Below are positions 12,195 through 23,848 of a stretch of DNA of 64,000 nt, one piece after another. The DNA is from Amphiscolops sp. MND2022. Its lineage: Eukaryota. Each line of letters starts with the position of its first letter. Position 1 is the stretch's first letter. The stretch covers positions 56,420,001-56,484,000 of the forward strand of contig OZ076412.1 of the NCBI GenBank assembly GCA_964187785.1. Direction: 5' to 3'. Below the pieces are notes generated by a model, which did not search any database, had not been told where the DNA came from, and was given only the letters and a program-made list of their open reading frames with translations. Position numbers and translations under genes: made by a program.

Positions 12195-12620
12195 ACAGTA
12201 GAATATATCTCATACGATGCTACTGATTTCCTACAAGCTGAAGGACACATTGCCTTGACATGTCCAGCGGACTTGGAAACAATTTCGGCAGCGCTACGCT
12301 ACATCTTGCGGGAATGCGGCAAAGAGCAAGTGATTTCATTACGCCCGCAAGTCGGAGAAATACTTACTCTGACCCCCACGATTACCAATAAACTCACCCA
12401 AACTATACATCTACTGATCACACGCGCGAATCAACGCGCGCCATTGATAGCTGATGATTTTCTACTATGCTTGAGGAAGTTAGTGGCATAGCTAGAGGAC
12501 AGGGGAATTCCTCAGATCCATTTTCCCATACTGGATCCTGAAAGACCCGTATACTCACTAACTAACTTGTATCGGGTGATGATGGACATATTCGTAGACA
12601 CGAGCATACACGTAGTACTG
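12195..12620 (+). pseudogene. Macrodomain-like repeat 2 (TARG1/OARD1/Poa1p type), one in-frame stop at 12489
   Basis: VEYISYD...HIALTCPADL...RPQVGEILTL...IHLLITR...DFLLCLRKLVA*LEDRGIPQIHFPIL...LYRVMMDIFVDTSIHVVL. The frame ends TGA at 12693-12695. Confidence 0.7.
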
Positions 12621-12934
12621 CAAAATCGCGTGTACGTGTCTATTTTAGGCATTGAAGTGGGTGTTAGACCACCTTGTTGCCATCTCCCAAACTGAAGGTA
12701 GCCGTGAACCACGGTTATTCTAGATAATTTTACTGTGCTGTACACTCTATTTAAACATTAGTTGCTCACTTAAACCCTAAAAAGTATGCCTTCAGCATTC
12801 CTGTATTTAGTTTATCATTGACTTTAGTGATGTTTTCCATTGACGAGTTCCTTTATGGAACTGGTTTTAACAAGGCATCAATCAGCATCCGTATAATGGC
12901 TTTAACAAGTATCTCTTTTTAGACCCATGATAAG

Positions 12935-15900
12935 ATGGCATACCATCACACGGCCTCTGCAGCAATGTCTGCCCACCCCAACCCAATCAAAACGCTGCGC
13001 GAACTCGGCGAGTTAATCAGGTGCAGTGTATTGAGGAGAGACTGCGCAACGGCATTTCGCCGGCAGCTGTGGCTGGAATCACTGCTCTCCTAGCACAGTT
13101 GGAGACACAGCCTACTCTACCCAGTCTCGCCGTGTCTATAGTAGCAGATGTGGCAGGTTACAAACGTACCATGACCTGTAGAAATGGAGTATGGGATGGC
13201 TATGACCTAACCCACCCTTTTCTAGATGACAGATCCACTACAGTGAGAGGCCCCAGTGTACAAACGACTGTCGAACAAGAGGTTACCCTGCGTATTCCAC
13301 TTGCAAATGTGCCCATGCTTTAACCTTTGAACCCGGGACATCTGGTTATTCAGCCTCAATCACAGATACACCCGCAGTCGGGAACTCAACCGCTGATGTA
13401 TTTGCCAAGTGCCTAACCAACAACACCATCCGCAGCACAAGTAGCGCCATATGCCAGTGCTCCCGCAGCCCATGCGCCGCATATGGTTCTAAGCGCCACT
13501 CCACGATTAGAACCAGAAGCAGGCACTTCCAGTCCACTGTCCAGCGCCAGAGTGCAATCAGTGCAGTCTTCCGCACCACCTTCCATGCGGTCAGGCGTAA
13601 CTGCACCTGACATGTCGCACAGGCCTCCCAGTGAACAAGCTGTAATCCAAGCATTACAGGCAGTGGCAAATTACCCTGAGTCCAGGGATTTCGTGGAGAC
13701 AGTCTCGAGACAAACGCCAGAATAGCAGAATCTTTTAGGAAGCAGAGGACAACCAGAGGGTTGTCTGACCACGAGAGAAGGTCAAGGTCCAAGCACCGAC
13801 CCACTCACTCCTAGTACCAGCGCGACCAGAAATCGAGCGCCCTCGCCAATACCTGGATTGTCGCCCGTATCTGATGAAGAACTTGGCCGCAAAAGGGCAT
13901 CGCCACATGAGCTGGCTCAATCGGTTGGCAACAAGGATAGCCCAACGAGCCGTCCTCCGCCGGACAAGCAAAAATATGTACTTCGATCTGTGGTGATACA
14001 GGAACCACCAAAAGTAGGCTACCATGGCATCTCCGAACCCCAGATGACGATGAAAGAAGTGATGGAACGATATGTTCCGAGCATCTGTGCCAGAGAGCAC
14101 CGACAATTCAATGCACTCGAGCTCCTCGACAGCAAAATCTGGGAAGAAATTCACGGGCTCACCGTATTTCCCACAATCGGACAATGTATCAGGACCCGTG
14201 GTAACGAGAGATGCTAAACGCATTTGGCAATTCGCCCCCAAGTTAAACGATTGACAATATCGTGACCGCCAAAGAGTACCGCCGACTAACACCCACCAGG
14301 CACAACTGCGAAAGCTATCGGTAATCGTCCATGTGACACGAACTTTGCGCCCCTTCGACGCCGATACAGGGGAGGCAGCGTGGGAACAACGAATAATCAG
14401 ACGACTCACAACGACTCATGACAATTATCTTCGTCCTTTGCAAAACTACTTACATGAACAATGCAAGGCCAGATATTCGCTGCGACCAGGTGAAACCTGG
14501 GAAACACACAGCCAATGCCCTAGAAACCTGAAAAGAATGAAACCAATGTCGAAAGAGGCAATTCAACGCACACGTTACTGCGTGATGGTTGATTCAACGG
14601 TCCCATGCGACCTCCCTCTCGACAACGTTATTCCGGATGAATTGGTTGTGACTATGCCTCTATCGCGACTGCCCGAAATGGCAGAGGTGGCTATAGCCTT
14701 ATTCTCTGCCGAAGGTCACCAGAGCGAACTTCCACCAAGTCGCACTATTTTTGCCAATTTGATGGACCACATGGCCTGCGAAGGTCTATTGGAAAATCTA
14801 CCCCATTTGCTGCGTGAGATGTCAAACAACGAAACGGCCAAAAATGTTGTAATCAAGGTATTACATCGAGTGGCGACTGCAATAGAGCGTACGGCAGAGT
14901 TGCTCCGCACACACCTAAAAGTGCCGGCGATGTTCATCTCTCCCCCTGGAAAGTTGTATTGGGGAGGAATGTTCCAGCAGTTTATCTACATGCTAACAGA
15001 AATTTGCAGTGCTCGCAATATCGAATTCTACCTATGCGCACCTAACTTACGCGTCGGAAAAGACTACTTACGTCCTGCTGCAGTCTCAGTACACGCATAC
15101 TTGGCAGTAATATCACGCTTAATGTAACCAATGGAACGTGGTGGCAATGCCCAACTAACGTGGGACGATGCAATATACTTCGACCATGGAATGCGTCTAG
15201 GCACGCTAACCTTCGATGAAACAGGAAAGCGAATTGGCTCAGAAGCAACCATTGCAGAACGCGAGAACATGCGCAGATACAACTGGCTGGTGCGCGAAGC
15301 ACATCCCAACACCATCAAGGCAGACCTTGCAGCAGTCTGGGATCAACTGAATCGATGGCCACTTAACCGTGAGGTCGAAAGGACCATTCCCCAAATTCAA
15401 TTCGCCGACAACACAGAAATCATCAAAATGCCACTGAGCATTAGGCACATTGTAGCCCATGAGGCCGTGACCCTTAGCAATTTGGTCCAAGCCAAAGAGG
15501 CCACTTACGGGGATTGGTACAACGATCGCCTAGCCACAGTTACTCTAGAAATGACCGCACGAACCCTGTCTGTCTCTTTCCAAGCATTGCTGACAAGTTT
15601 TGGATTGGGTTGGCATATGGACGTCATTGCAGACGAGTTCAACCTGACTGATGGACAGCTGCGAAGACTCACTGAAACTCAAAGAAACTTCGGTAAATGA
15701 GGTGTTAGCCCTTGGGCCTACCAAATTCGTAGCTGGACCGCTAGCCATCGTTGTAGACTTGGTCACATCCGGTGGAGTGTTGGAGTTCTACACTTACCTA
15801 GTCTTGGCTCAAGGAAAACTACCCAGCTTGCTTGGGTGTTAAGAAATTCTCTTCACACAAAACGGGCACAACTACACCGAGCATTTGTTCCGGATGAGAG

Positions 15901-17173
15901 CTTCCGTGCAACACTGGCTCTATTCCACACTGATCTATGCATCAGGATTATTAGTAGGAGTGGACCAAGCTCAACCCCTACACGATCCGGACGCGCAGTT
16001 GCCTCGTGAAAACCCGGGCTTTCCGATGCCGCAACAATTGGCTGACCTGACGCTAGCCTAAGTAGAGGACTTAGTTCCAGGGGTAGCTCCCGTTTTAATT
16101 CCAATCTTTGGAGCTCTTGGATTACTACGCTATCCAACCAAGCCAGTATCCCTAGCAGTGCATGTTGCAACGGTATCCATCTTCACGTACCTTCAAGGAA
16201 GCCCGCCTATGAGCTATGCACAAACGATACGAGAAACCTACAGTGGCGAAGTACCCCAAGCGTATACCACTGTCAAGACTGAGCAACAACGGAAAAAAAT
16301 ATGATGGGTGTTGTCCGTGCCTTGTCGCGCAAAGCCGCCGTCTTACCAAGGGAATACGGTCCCATCAATTGGTATAATGCTCCTGTTGACTTAAATGAAC
16401 AACCATTCCGGTTTCCTTGGTCGTCAGACTTTATCAAGAAAGTGATAAATCCCTGCCTGCAGCTTAGCCCGCATGTCCGTTCGGACTACAAGTTTAAATT
16501 CATCCAGGTACCCAATCGCTACTGGAAAGAGCCAGTAGGCTACCCTCGCGCACGCCCAATTGGACGCGGGAAGGAATTGCTGGATCACCAATTACGCCAC
16601 TTAGACGTGGCCAATGTACCCAAATGGATTCACGTGGCGGCACTAGTGCGTGATCGCAACCTGTCACGTAGAATGGCCCCCTTACAATACGAGCCTGCCT
16701 GGCGCCCACAAGGACGCATGACCATGTCCGGAGATATGCCGTTGTCGTTATTGGACATACTGAACCAGATGTTAGGCGCAGAAATGCGCGCCGAATGGGA
16801 CGATGAATGCCTCAATCTTGAAGTCAGCAGTTTCGACATATGGAAACAAGCTTGCGCACTCTGGAAGCAAGCTGGCTGGGTATCAAAGCGTGTAGCCCTG
16901 GCAGCCAACCACCGTGCTGAAGAAGAACGCATTGCTCGATATGCGCCACAACAGTCACAGCCTCCTACTATGGCGATGTCATTGGAGCAACCAATGACGG
17001 TGGAAGCTAATACAAATGAATCAGAAGTTACAGCAGATAACACAGCTATGCCTGTAACTCCTATTTCTTCTGGAGAACATGCAGCAGAGCTGACCCCAAA
17101 TGTAGAGCTGGCAGAACTATTGATACCGATGTCGAAACTGTTGTTCCTTCGCCAGTCCGACGAGAGTCAGTGA
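12935..17173 (+). pseudogene. Second long ORF (~1400 codons) in the env position, disrupted by about 5 frameshifts and several stops
   Basis: ATG 12935. Track ORFs 13021, 13483, 13858, 14333, 15131, 15651 and 16301 join by single stop read-throughs (mostly TAA/TAG where CAA/CAG is expected) or 1-nt shifts. Confidence 0.7.
14573..15124 (+). pseudogene. SGNH/GDSL hydrolase-like domain within ORF2
   Basis: Block-like motifs in the correct order and spacing: YCVMVDS (I), TMPLSRLPEM (II), IFANLMDH (III), AMFISPP, NIEFY and KDYLRP..SVHAYLAVI (V, with His replaced by Arg). Confidence 0.55.
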
Positions 17174-18010
17174 GCGATGCCTCACCTCCAAGAGAAGTCT
17201 CTCCTCGAAGCAGGAACAAATCTGCTATTCAATGAACTGTCGACGTTTTAACGAACCTGAAGCTTTATCAATCAATCAAAGGAAGCTAGGCCTTCCGCAA
17301 TGAAAACTCCAAAAAACTTCATAGCCTTATTACGGTGCTGCATTCGATTGGTGCAATTTTAGTTAACTGTTGTTAGTTAGACATTTTGATTTAGATATAT
17401 GCCTCGGGTGTAATGGCCAAAGAGTGGGCCTGCCCCCTGTGCTAGCATTACGTTAACAAAACTGTTGAAAAAAGAAATGATCAAGCTAACTATGTTTCCT
17501 TTCAACAAACGCCTTTGGCGTTGTCAAAAATAAGGAAAACCAGGTGCGAGGGCATAGTCGCCAAAAAATCTTTTAAACTCTAATCAAAACCCTTTAGCTG
17601 AGTCTTGTACACTCTATTGACTGTCTGTTGTTAACGGAGCTTATACGCTCCTGAGAAAAGATGTTTTAAACGAAAACTGCAAAAAAAAAGATATCTACAA
17701 AAAATGAGACAAAGACATTTTAGCAGGCACTTGCCGCAAAAGACATTTTAGTCGTCACCAGTGCTAAAAATGGCTTAAGCCACCTTGGAAGCTCAAGCTC
17801 TCGAGCTGGTGCTACGAACGTCTCGATTTTTTTTGTAAAAAATATTAGGTCTTGTAGTAAAGTTGCGATAAGATCCGAAAAGGCAATGTTTCAAAAGTGG
17901 CTGTTCTATGCAACGGCACATCAACTTCAAGATGTATCCACAGCATGGGCAATGTCCTGCCTTAAGACGAAAACCCCCGATGCTTGCCAGGGACGACAAG
18001 CCAGGAGCCC

Positions 18011-18020
18011 AGGGAGTGGA
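18011..18020 (+). promoter_or_regulatory. Polypurine tract
   Basis: AGGGAGTGGA immediately precedes TGTAACG. Confidence 0.8.
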
Positions 18021-18753
18021 TGTAACGGCACCCTGTGACCAACGAAATTTTCGAAGTTTGACGATTTTCTGAAATTTTCGTTCAAAAGTGACGTGGCCCT
18101 CGAACATGTGTTCACGAAGTACCAGTCCCGCAAAATTATAGAGAGCGTGGATCAGCAAGGCCCGCGAAGCGGAAAAAAGTGACACGACAATAAGAGAAGC
18201 GCGTACAACGTCACGAAATCGAAAAATCGTAAGCCTATGCGCTGATTCCCACAGTGCCGATCGAAAATCAGACGGAACCAGCATGTCCGAGTGATTGCAG
18301 CGCCCGGACACAGGGTTGTGTCAAACCCAAGAACCAGTGCCATGCCACCCAGAGTAATTTTAGACTTGCCAAACTGGATTTTCGTGCCCTTTTGATGTGT
18401 TAATTAATTGTTTGATGAATTCTTTACTCGGGAGCAACCTCTGTTAATGTTAATGTCATTTATGATGAATTTCCATCTGGACCATTTAATTCAGTTCTAT
18501 GCAGCTTAACCCAATTTTTACAGGATATTTACACAGTGGATACGAGAAAAAAGCGTATTTCATGTGACTAGTAGCAGTTACAGACCGGAACCGGTCAGAA
18601 AGCATCCTTAGAGACGGTTCCCCCTTCTCGGGACCGGCACTCCCTAGGAGGACAAAATGAACTGGAATCATGGCGATCAGTCCCGGATCATTACCTATGG
18701 CTTCAGTTCCTCCACCCTGCGTAGCGAATAAACGCTAAGCGCTTTTCGTTACA
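18021..18753 (+). repeat. 3' LTR, 733 bp
   Basis: Perfect 7-bp inverted termini TGTAACG/CGTTACA, AATAAA near the 3' end, direct repeat of 212-752. Confidence 0.95.
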
Positions 18754-19696
18754 AAAATATCTTCAACTACTTGTAACAGTCCGCGCCCGGACTGGTTCGC
18801 AGCTGTAAACGTGTTCGCGGCTGTAAATCTGTGTCTTGTCAAAATTCAAAAGATCTGAAGTGAAAATGATTTCAAAAATGACCAGATTAAAATGATTACA
18901 CACATTTCTGCCAACGGACGTAGGACCTGTGATAACCCTCTTCCTCAATGTTCTCAATTAATTAAATTTGGTGCAAGGTTTGGCTAGTTGTCTCAAATCT
19001 CTCATTTCTGAGGCCTTAAGAGGATAATCATTGTCTTCTGTCTCTAAATTTCTGTTATCTGATGCATGAACTCCGATAGATTCAATATTCTTGAATACCG
19101 TAGGTTGGATACTCCGAGTTTCATTTGATTCGGATCTGATACTTGTTGTTGTAGAAACGTTTTTTATTTATCTAGTTTCACGTGTTTGGTGTCCTAACTT
19201 GCTTATCACTTGTTTTTCTTTCTGAGGAAGATGTTTCTAACTTCCTAGATTGTCTATTTTGTCTTTTTCCCATATGCTTACAAGGTTTTTAGTGCAAGGA
19301 TAGAGCTGCATTTCTCTGCAGTTATGTTGTGGTAACAAATGTCAATTGGAGAGGAAAAGTAATGATGAAAGTTTTACAAACTGGATGGAAGTTCTTTTCA
19401 GAGAGGTAATTCTTGGATGAAGGATTTTTAAGCTGCACTGCCGGTCTCAAAATATAAAAGTATGACACTCCTTTTCACAAGCATCCTAAAAAAGATATAA
19501 AAAGTCAGGATGTCATCACTCTATTTACATCCCACCAGTACATTTTGCATGACAATCAAACTACAATTATAGGGTCTGAAGGAATCTGGAAAATAACAAA
19601 ACCTAACGTATATTGATATCACCGTTGTTACCTCGCAACATATGAAATTCGAACTTCAAGTCAAAAATCAGTTGATTCATGTAAAATCGTTAAGTA

Positions 19697-19863
19697 TAGT
19701 GACGTATACTCGTTAAGTATCAAACGGAACAATGACGTATAATAAAACTAATGCCGAAAACATATGGTGACGTATAGTCGTCGCACTTCGAACCGCTTAG
19801 TAACGTATAGTTGTCACACCTCGAAACGCATAGTGACGTATAGTCGTCACACCTCTTTCCGCA
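19697..19863. repeat. 33-bp minisatellite, 3 good and 2 degenerate copies
   Basis: The T(G/A)ACGTAT core recurs at 19700, 19733, 19768, 19801 and 19834. Unit TAGTGACGTATAGTCGTCACACCTCGAAACGCA contains the hairpin GTGACG-N6-CGTCAC. Confidence 0.85.
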
Positions 19864-21003
19864 TAAGGCAGCATAATTCACGAAAGTTCCACAAAACAGC
19901 ATAGAACTAGCTCCCGAAAGTTGGAAGCTGGTGGATTAGTTTTTATTTATTCCTGGTTGAGCATCCAAAATTCATAATCTTCCGGAAATTGGGTTCGACA
20001 GTTCTAGTTTTCTTAAGAATTTCCCACTGGCACCAACACAACAGTGGGGTTGTGACAAGATCATTGTTCCTCCTTAAAAGTCTTACTGAAATATAAATTT
20101 CAAATATGATCATAGCCAAACTTAGAAAAGTATTGAATCAAAAAGCAGACAATAAATAATTACGCCTTTCTAAGAAAGGCAGCTAACTTTCAGTTTAAAA
20201 AGCGATTAGTGCGATTTCGATTAGAACGATGAAACGTCGTTAAAAAACTGAGTCCGCGCTGTCTGGAATTACTATTTGCGTGAAGCTACATACGCGTAGA
20301 ATTCAGAGAACATACATGTGACGTCACAGTCACGTCAAAGTGCAGCTAGATTTTTCCAGTTTTTCATCAATGCTACGTGGAACATTTGGCCGCTAACTGA
20401 GGTCAATTCTGAATTTACGTCAACACTAACTCAACAGCGGCAGCTTGCTAAGCCTGGTATAATTTTTTTGTCAACACTACGTCTCAAATTTTTGTAATGA
20501 AGCGTTTAGCAAGTATTCATTTTTACGGCAATTGAAGAAACTGGTCAAAGTTTATACAAATTCACATCGTGACTACGTCAATTACTAATAGAAACAATAA
20601 AAAGTCATATTTTTGCGTCTACCTTACGTCAACTAAGAACAGGAACTACTCGAAAAAATATTCAAGTTCCATTTGTGAAGCTTCGTAATTGTTGATGTTG
20701 TTAATACGGGATGCAATTGACCATGGAGGTTAGTTGATTTGATCAACTAACACTTACAACACGATCGTAAATTTCTCTTCTCCTAGCATCAACCGAATGT
20801 ATTTTTTTGGAAAAAAAGGTAAAAATACGTATTTGTTGTTCACGCCAGCGTTGGCTCCCCGTCACTTTTCTCCACTATTTCAAGCAAAAATCCGTATAAC
20901 TCGATGAAAAATTGAGGAAAGTACCCAGTTTGCTAAGTTAAATAACAATCTTTTCCCAAAGTTTGAGGAAACGAAAAGACGCCGGAATGAAATGATATGA
21001 TCA

Positions 21004-21692
21004 TGTCATGGGTGATAACTAGCGTAATAAGACAAGTGTTATGAAAGTGGACTACATATCAATGCAACTCGGTTGTGAAAATAGTTTCTTGTCGTGAAAA
21101 TTGTGAGATGACTAGTATTTTGAAGTAAACTTAGGGACGCCGGTATAAGGAGGGTATTCAAACCTAGGTCTTTGTAAACTCAATAAAACAGTCATAGTTC
21201 CTTCGCCTTGCCAATAACAATCTTGTTTACTCGAATTTTCAACTTTAAATCTCGAATAACAAGTCTTTTTCCTAAATTGTCAACAAGAAGCCAAAAAAGA
21301 AAGAACAATCAACAGGAGAGGACCGAAAACGTAGGTGAGATTGGAGTTTCCCCAATTTTGGGGTAAAACGTAAATCTAGTTGGGTGAGACGTCATCGTAG
21401 CGGGCTCGTCATATGCCAAATCGCCCAGAGTTGAAAATAGTGTATTGGAAAACTTGAAGGCGTCTTTACGGGATGACATTAGGTCTGAAATAAGGGAATT
21501 TTCAATAGAATCGCAACAAGAACTGCTCAAATACTGTTCAAGAACTTCAAAACTGTTCGAAGTGAAATCGAAGAAAATGGACGAAGAAAAAAGACGAAGA
21601 GAACGAATCTAACAGTTATAATACACCCACCCCACTAGATATGTTAGGATCAGCAATTCTCAAAAAAATCGACACGATTATAAGTCGTAACA
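21004..21692 (+). mobile_element. Probable solo LTR or 5' fragment of another Gypsy family
   Basis: TG start candidate, TATA-like GTATAAG near 21143, AATAAA near 21182, decayed coiled-coil frame (KSPRVENSVLENLKASLRDDIRSEIRE), ends GTCGTAACA. No TSD found. Confidence 0.35.
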
Positions 21693-21935
21693 CCACAAGG
21701 GCTGCAAAAATTGTTTTTTGTCAATTTTTCTTCTTTTTGTAGATTGGACGTTAGATCCGTTCCTAATTCTCTTGTTAGGTAGGTCTCGTCAGGTTCGTGT
21801 CCTGAAAGTTTTGGGTCTTAAAATTTTTCTCAGCTGTTGTGTATTTAGAATGGAGAGAGTTAGCTTCGCTAATATTTTTATTTCTGTATCTCATAAAACA
21901 AAACAGTGTTTCATGCAATGAGTGACTGGCGGCAA

Positions 21936-22066
21936 GTGGATTTCAGGTGGGCTTGACATTACCCGGTAATGTCAAGCCCACCAGAAATCCACTCGACCAT
22001 CTTGTCTGGGCTCGACCATCTTGTCTGGCTCGACCATCTTGTCTGGGCCAGACAAGATGGTCGAGT
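21936..22066. repeat. Double palindrome: 28-bp inverted repeat plus a triplicated 18-mer with an inverted copy
   Basis: Arms 21936-21963 and 21965-21992 (1 mismatch). CTCGACCATCTTGTCTGG at 21992, 22011 and 22029, and its reverse complement at 22048-22065. Confidence 0.9.
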
Positions 22067-22987
22067 CCTTGAAAACATTGCAGCGGGAAATATGGTTGAG
22101 CGGGCAAAGATGGAAGGTTTAATGGAGCTGGTAGGATCAGTGGTTGAAGTGACTGAAGTTCCGAGTGTGTTCGAAAAATATGAAGATTGTCGTACTTTTG
22201 GCAGCTGATGCTCGAACAGACGCCCAGGCGTTCGGGCTACAGCACTAAAATTGATTCGATATGAAGTGAACTTTGAGTTAATGCGCGGGGTGGATGATAC
22301 ATATTCGAGATTTTGTTGTGGTTGAATTAACTGAGGTTGTGAGTGCGAGCAGTGAAAGGATTTGGATGAACAGTGGAGTTTGAAGTAATGCCCGATGTGG
22401 ATGTGTTATAGTACAACTTGAATGACCTATGAAATCCGATTTCATGAGTTTTTTCGATTTTTGAGTCAAGAGGATGCAATGTTGAATTGAGGTGGTACGT
22501 GTTTTCTGCAATTGAGTCCACTATCCTGACAACTGTTTCTACTGAGATTTCTCAACTACATTTTCCCTTTCAATGATACGGGCCAACCAATATCGAGTTC
22601 TTCAATAACCATTGTTCATGTAAACACAAACTGTAAAAGTATAACAGTAAACACAATTTACAATGATTATTCTATGTAATGTTATTGTAGTTTATGAAGC
22701 AAAAGTTTCATTTAAACGTTTTCATTCAGTGAATTTCAGGTACACTATCCACTTGCATCACATTGATGCCTGCCACAGACTTCCTGGCCAATACTCTCGT
22801 TGGCATTTTCCATGCATTTTGTCCAGTTTGCTTATGAGCGGGGATTGCTGTTTCCGAAGCGACTTTGCGATTTCTCTACTTTAGCTGCTGTCTCACTATC
22901 AGAGAGATCAAAAATACGAAAGATTGCGTCCTGTTCAAGAGTTTTGCTGAAAATTTTTTGTCAAGGCTTAGTGGACATTTTTCTAAG

Positions 22988-23062
22988 TTTTTCCATGATG
23001 CAGGAAAGTTTTTCAAGATTTTCCAAGATGCAGGGAAGTTTTACAAAATTTTCCATGCAGGG
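22988..23062. repeat. 30-bp tandem repeat, about 2.5 copies
   Basis: TTTTCCATGATGCAGGAAAGTTTTTCAAGA / TTTTCCAAGATGCAGGGAAGTTTTACAAAA / TTTTCCATGCAGGG. Confidence 0.75.
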
Positions 23063-23848
23063 TCCCTAATTTTTCTATGTTTTATCAAATGTTTTTATCA
23101 ATTCATGTGCTTACAATATTTTACGGCATTCTCAGCTAGGGTATTTACACAGCTAGGCGCAAAATCAATCACACGTAGTGTCTTCTACAAAATCCATTGA
23201 CTTTCTGGCATTTGATTAAATCTCTTTCATTTTCCACTTGGGCCGACTTCCACTGACTGCTCCGAAATTGACGATTCGTTGACAACTCTACTTTTTCATT
23301 TTCTGGTATCTTTAAACGCGCTGCTTTGTTCGCTGAATGACTTCGCCACGTCTCTTTTCGCATATAATTTCCGTTTGCCCTCTGTCTCTGTCAAAACTGT
23401 TACTAAACTGTAAGACTCAATTCGTCTATCACCTTCGCCGCCTTGGTGTCAAAACTGCCCTCGAGTTTCGATACTTTGACTCTATCACGGACCACAAAAC
23501 CCTGCTGATCACACGCACCTCTCTGTGAGTTGTGCTGTGGTTGTAACTCCAAGTTGTGGTGGCGTAATTGGATGGAATCAATAAAAAGGAGTCACTTATT
23601 GCGGTGAATGCAACATCATCTATCATATGTACATTAACTGATCTAGCATATTAGGTATGTTAATCAAGTATTCTAGTTCTGAATGGAACTGAAGCTTCGT
23701 TTGGTTAATAGAGGGAGCGGTCACGAAAAGTATTCATCAGTTGGATTAGTGAACTTACTCAACCGACTTGTTCAGACTCTGAACTTAGTGACAGGCGTCA
23801 CAGATGCCTTTCTGTCGAATTAGACCTAGCCACGCTTGAAAGTGGGTA

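Larger units (their letters stand above)
212..18753 (+). mobile_element. Giant (~18.5 kb) Ty3/Gypsy LTR retrotransposon, decayed, with accessory ORFs
   Basis: Direct repeats 212-752 and 18218-18753. The full 3' LTR has termini TGTAACG...CGTTACA. PBS at 778 and PPT at 18011. Domain order is gag-protease-RT-RNaseH-integrase (Gypsy order). Many stops and frameshifts. Confidence 0.95.

Noticed and set aside
3624-17043. Numerous antisense and alternate-frame ORFs over gag, pol and ORF2
   Set aside because: These are shadows of GC-richer coding sequence with no independent motifs.
12935-17173. env gene call for ORF2
   Set aside because: No signal peptide, furin site, fusion-peptide pattern or C-terminal TM anchor is visible.
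18771-18790. TGTAACAGTC matching the start of the Gypsy C LTR
   Set aside because: Only 10 bp of identity with no further similarity.
19697-19863. CRISPR-like hairpin repeat array
   Set aside because: Units are directly tandem with no unique spacers, there are no cas genes, and the context is eukaryotic.
23200-23560. Possible integrase C-terminal SH3-like remnant on the minus strand
   Set aside because: Too short and decayed to support without a profile search.
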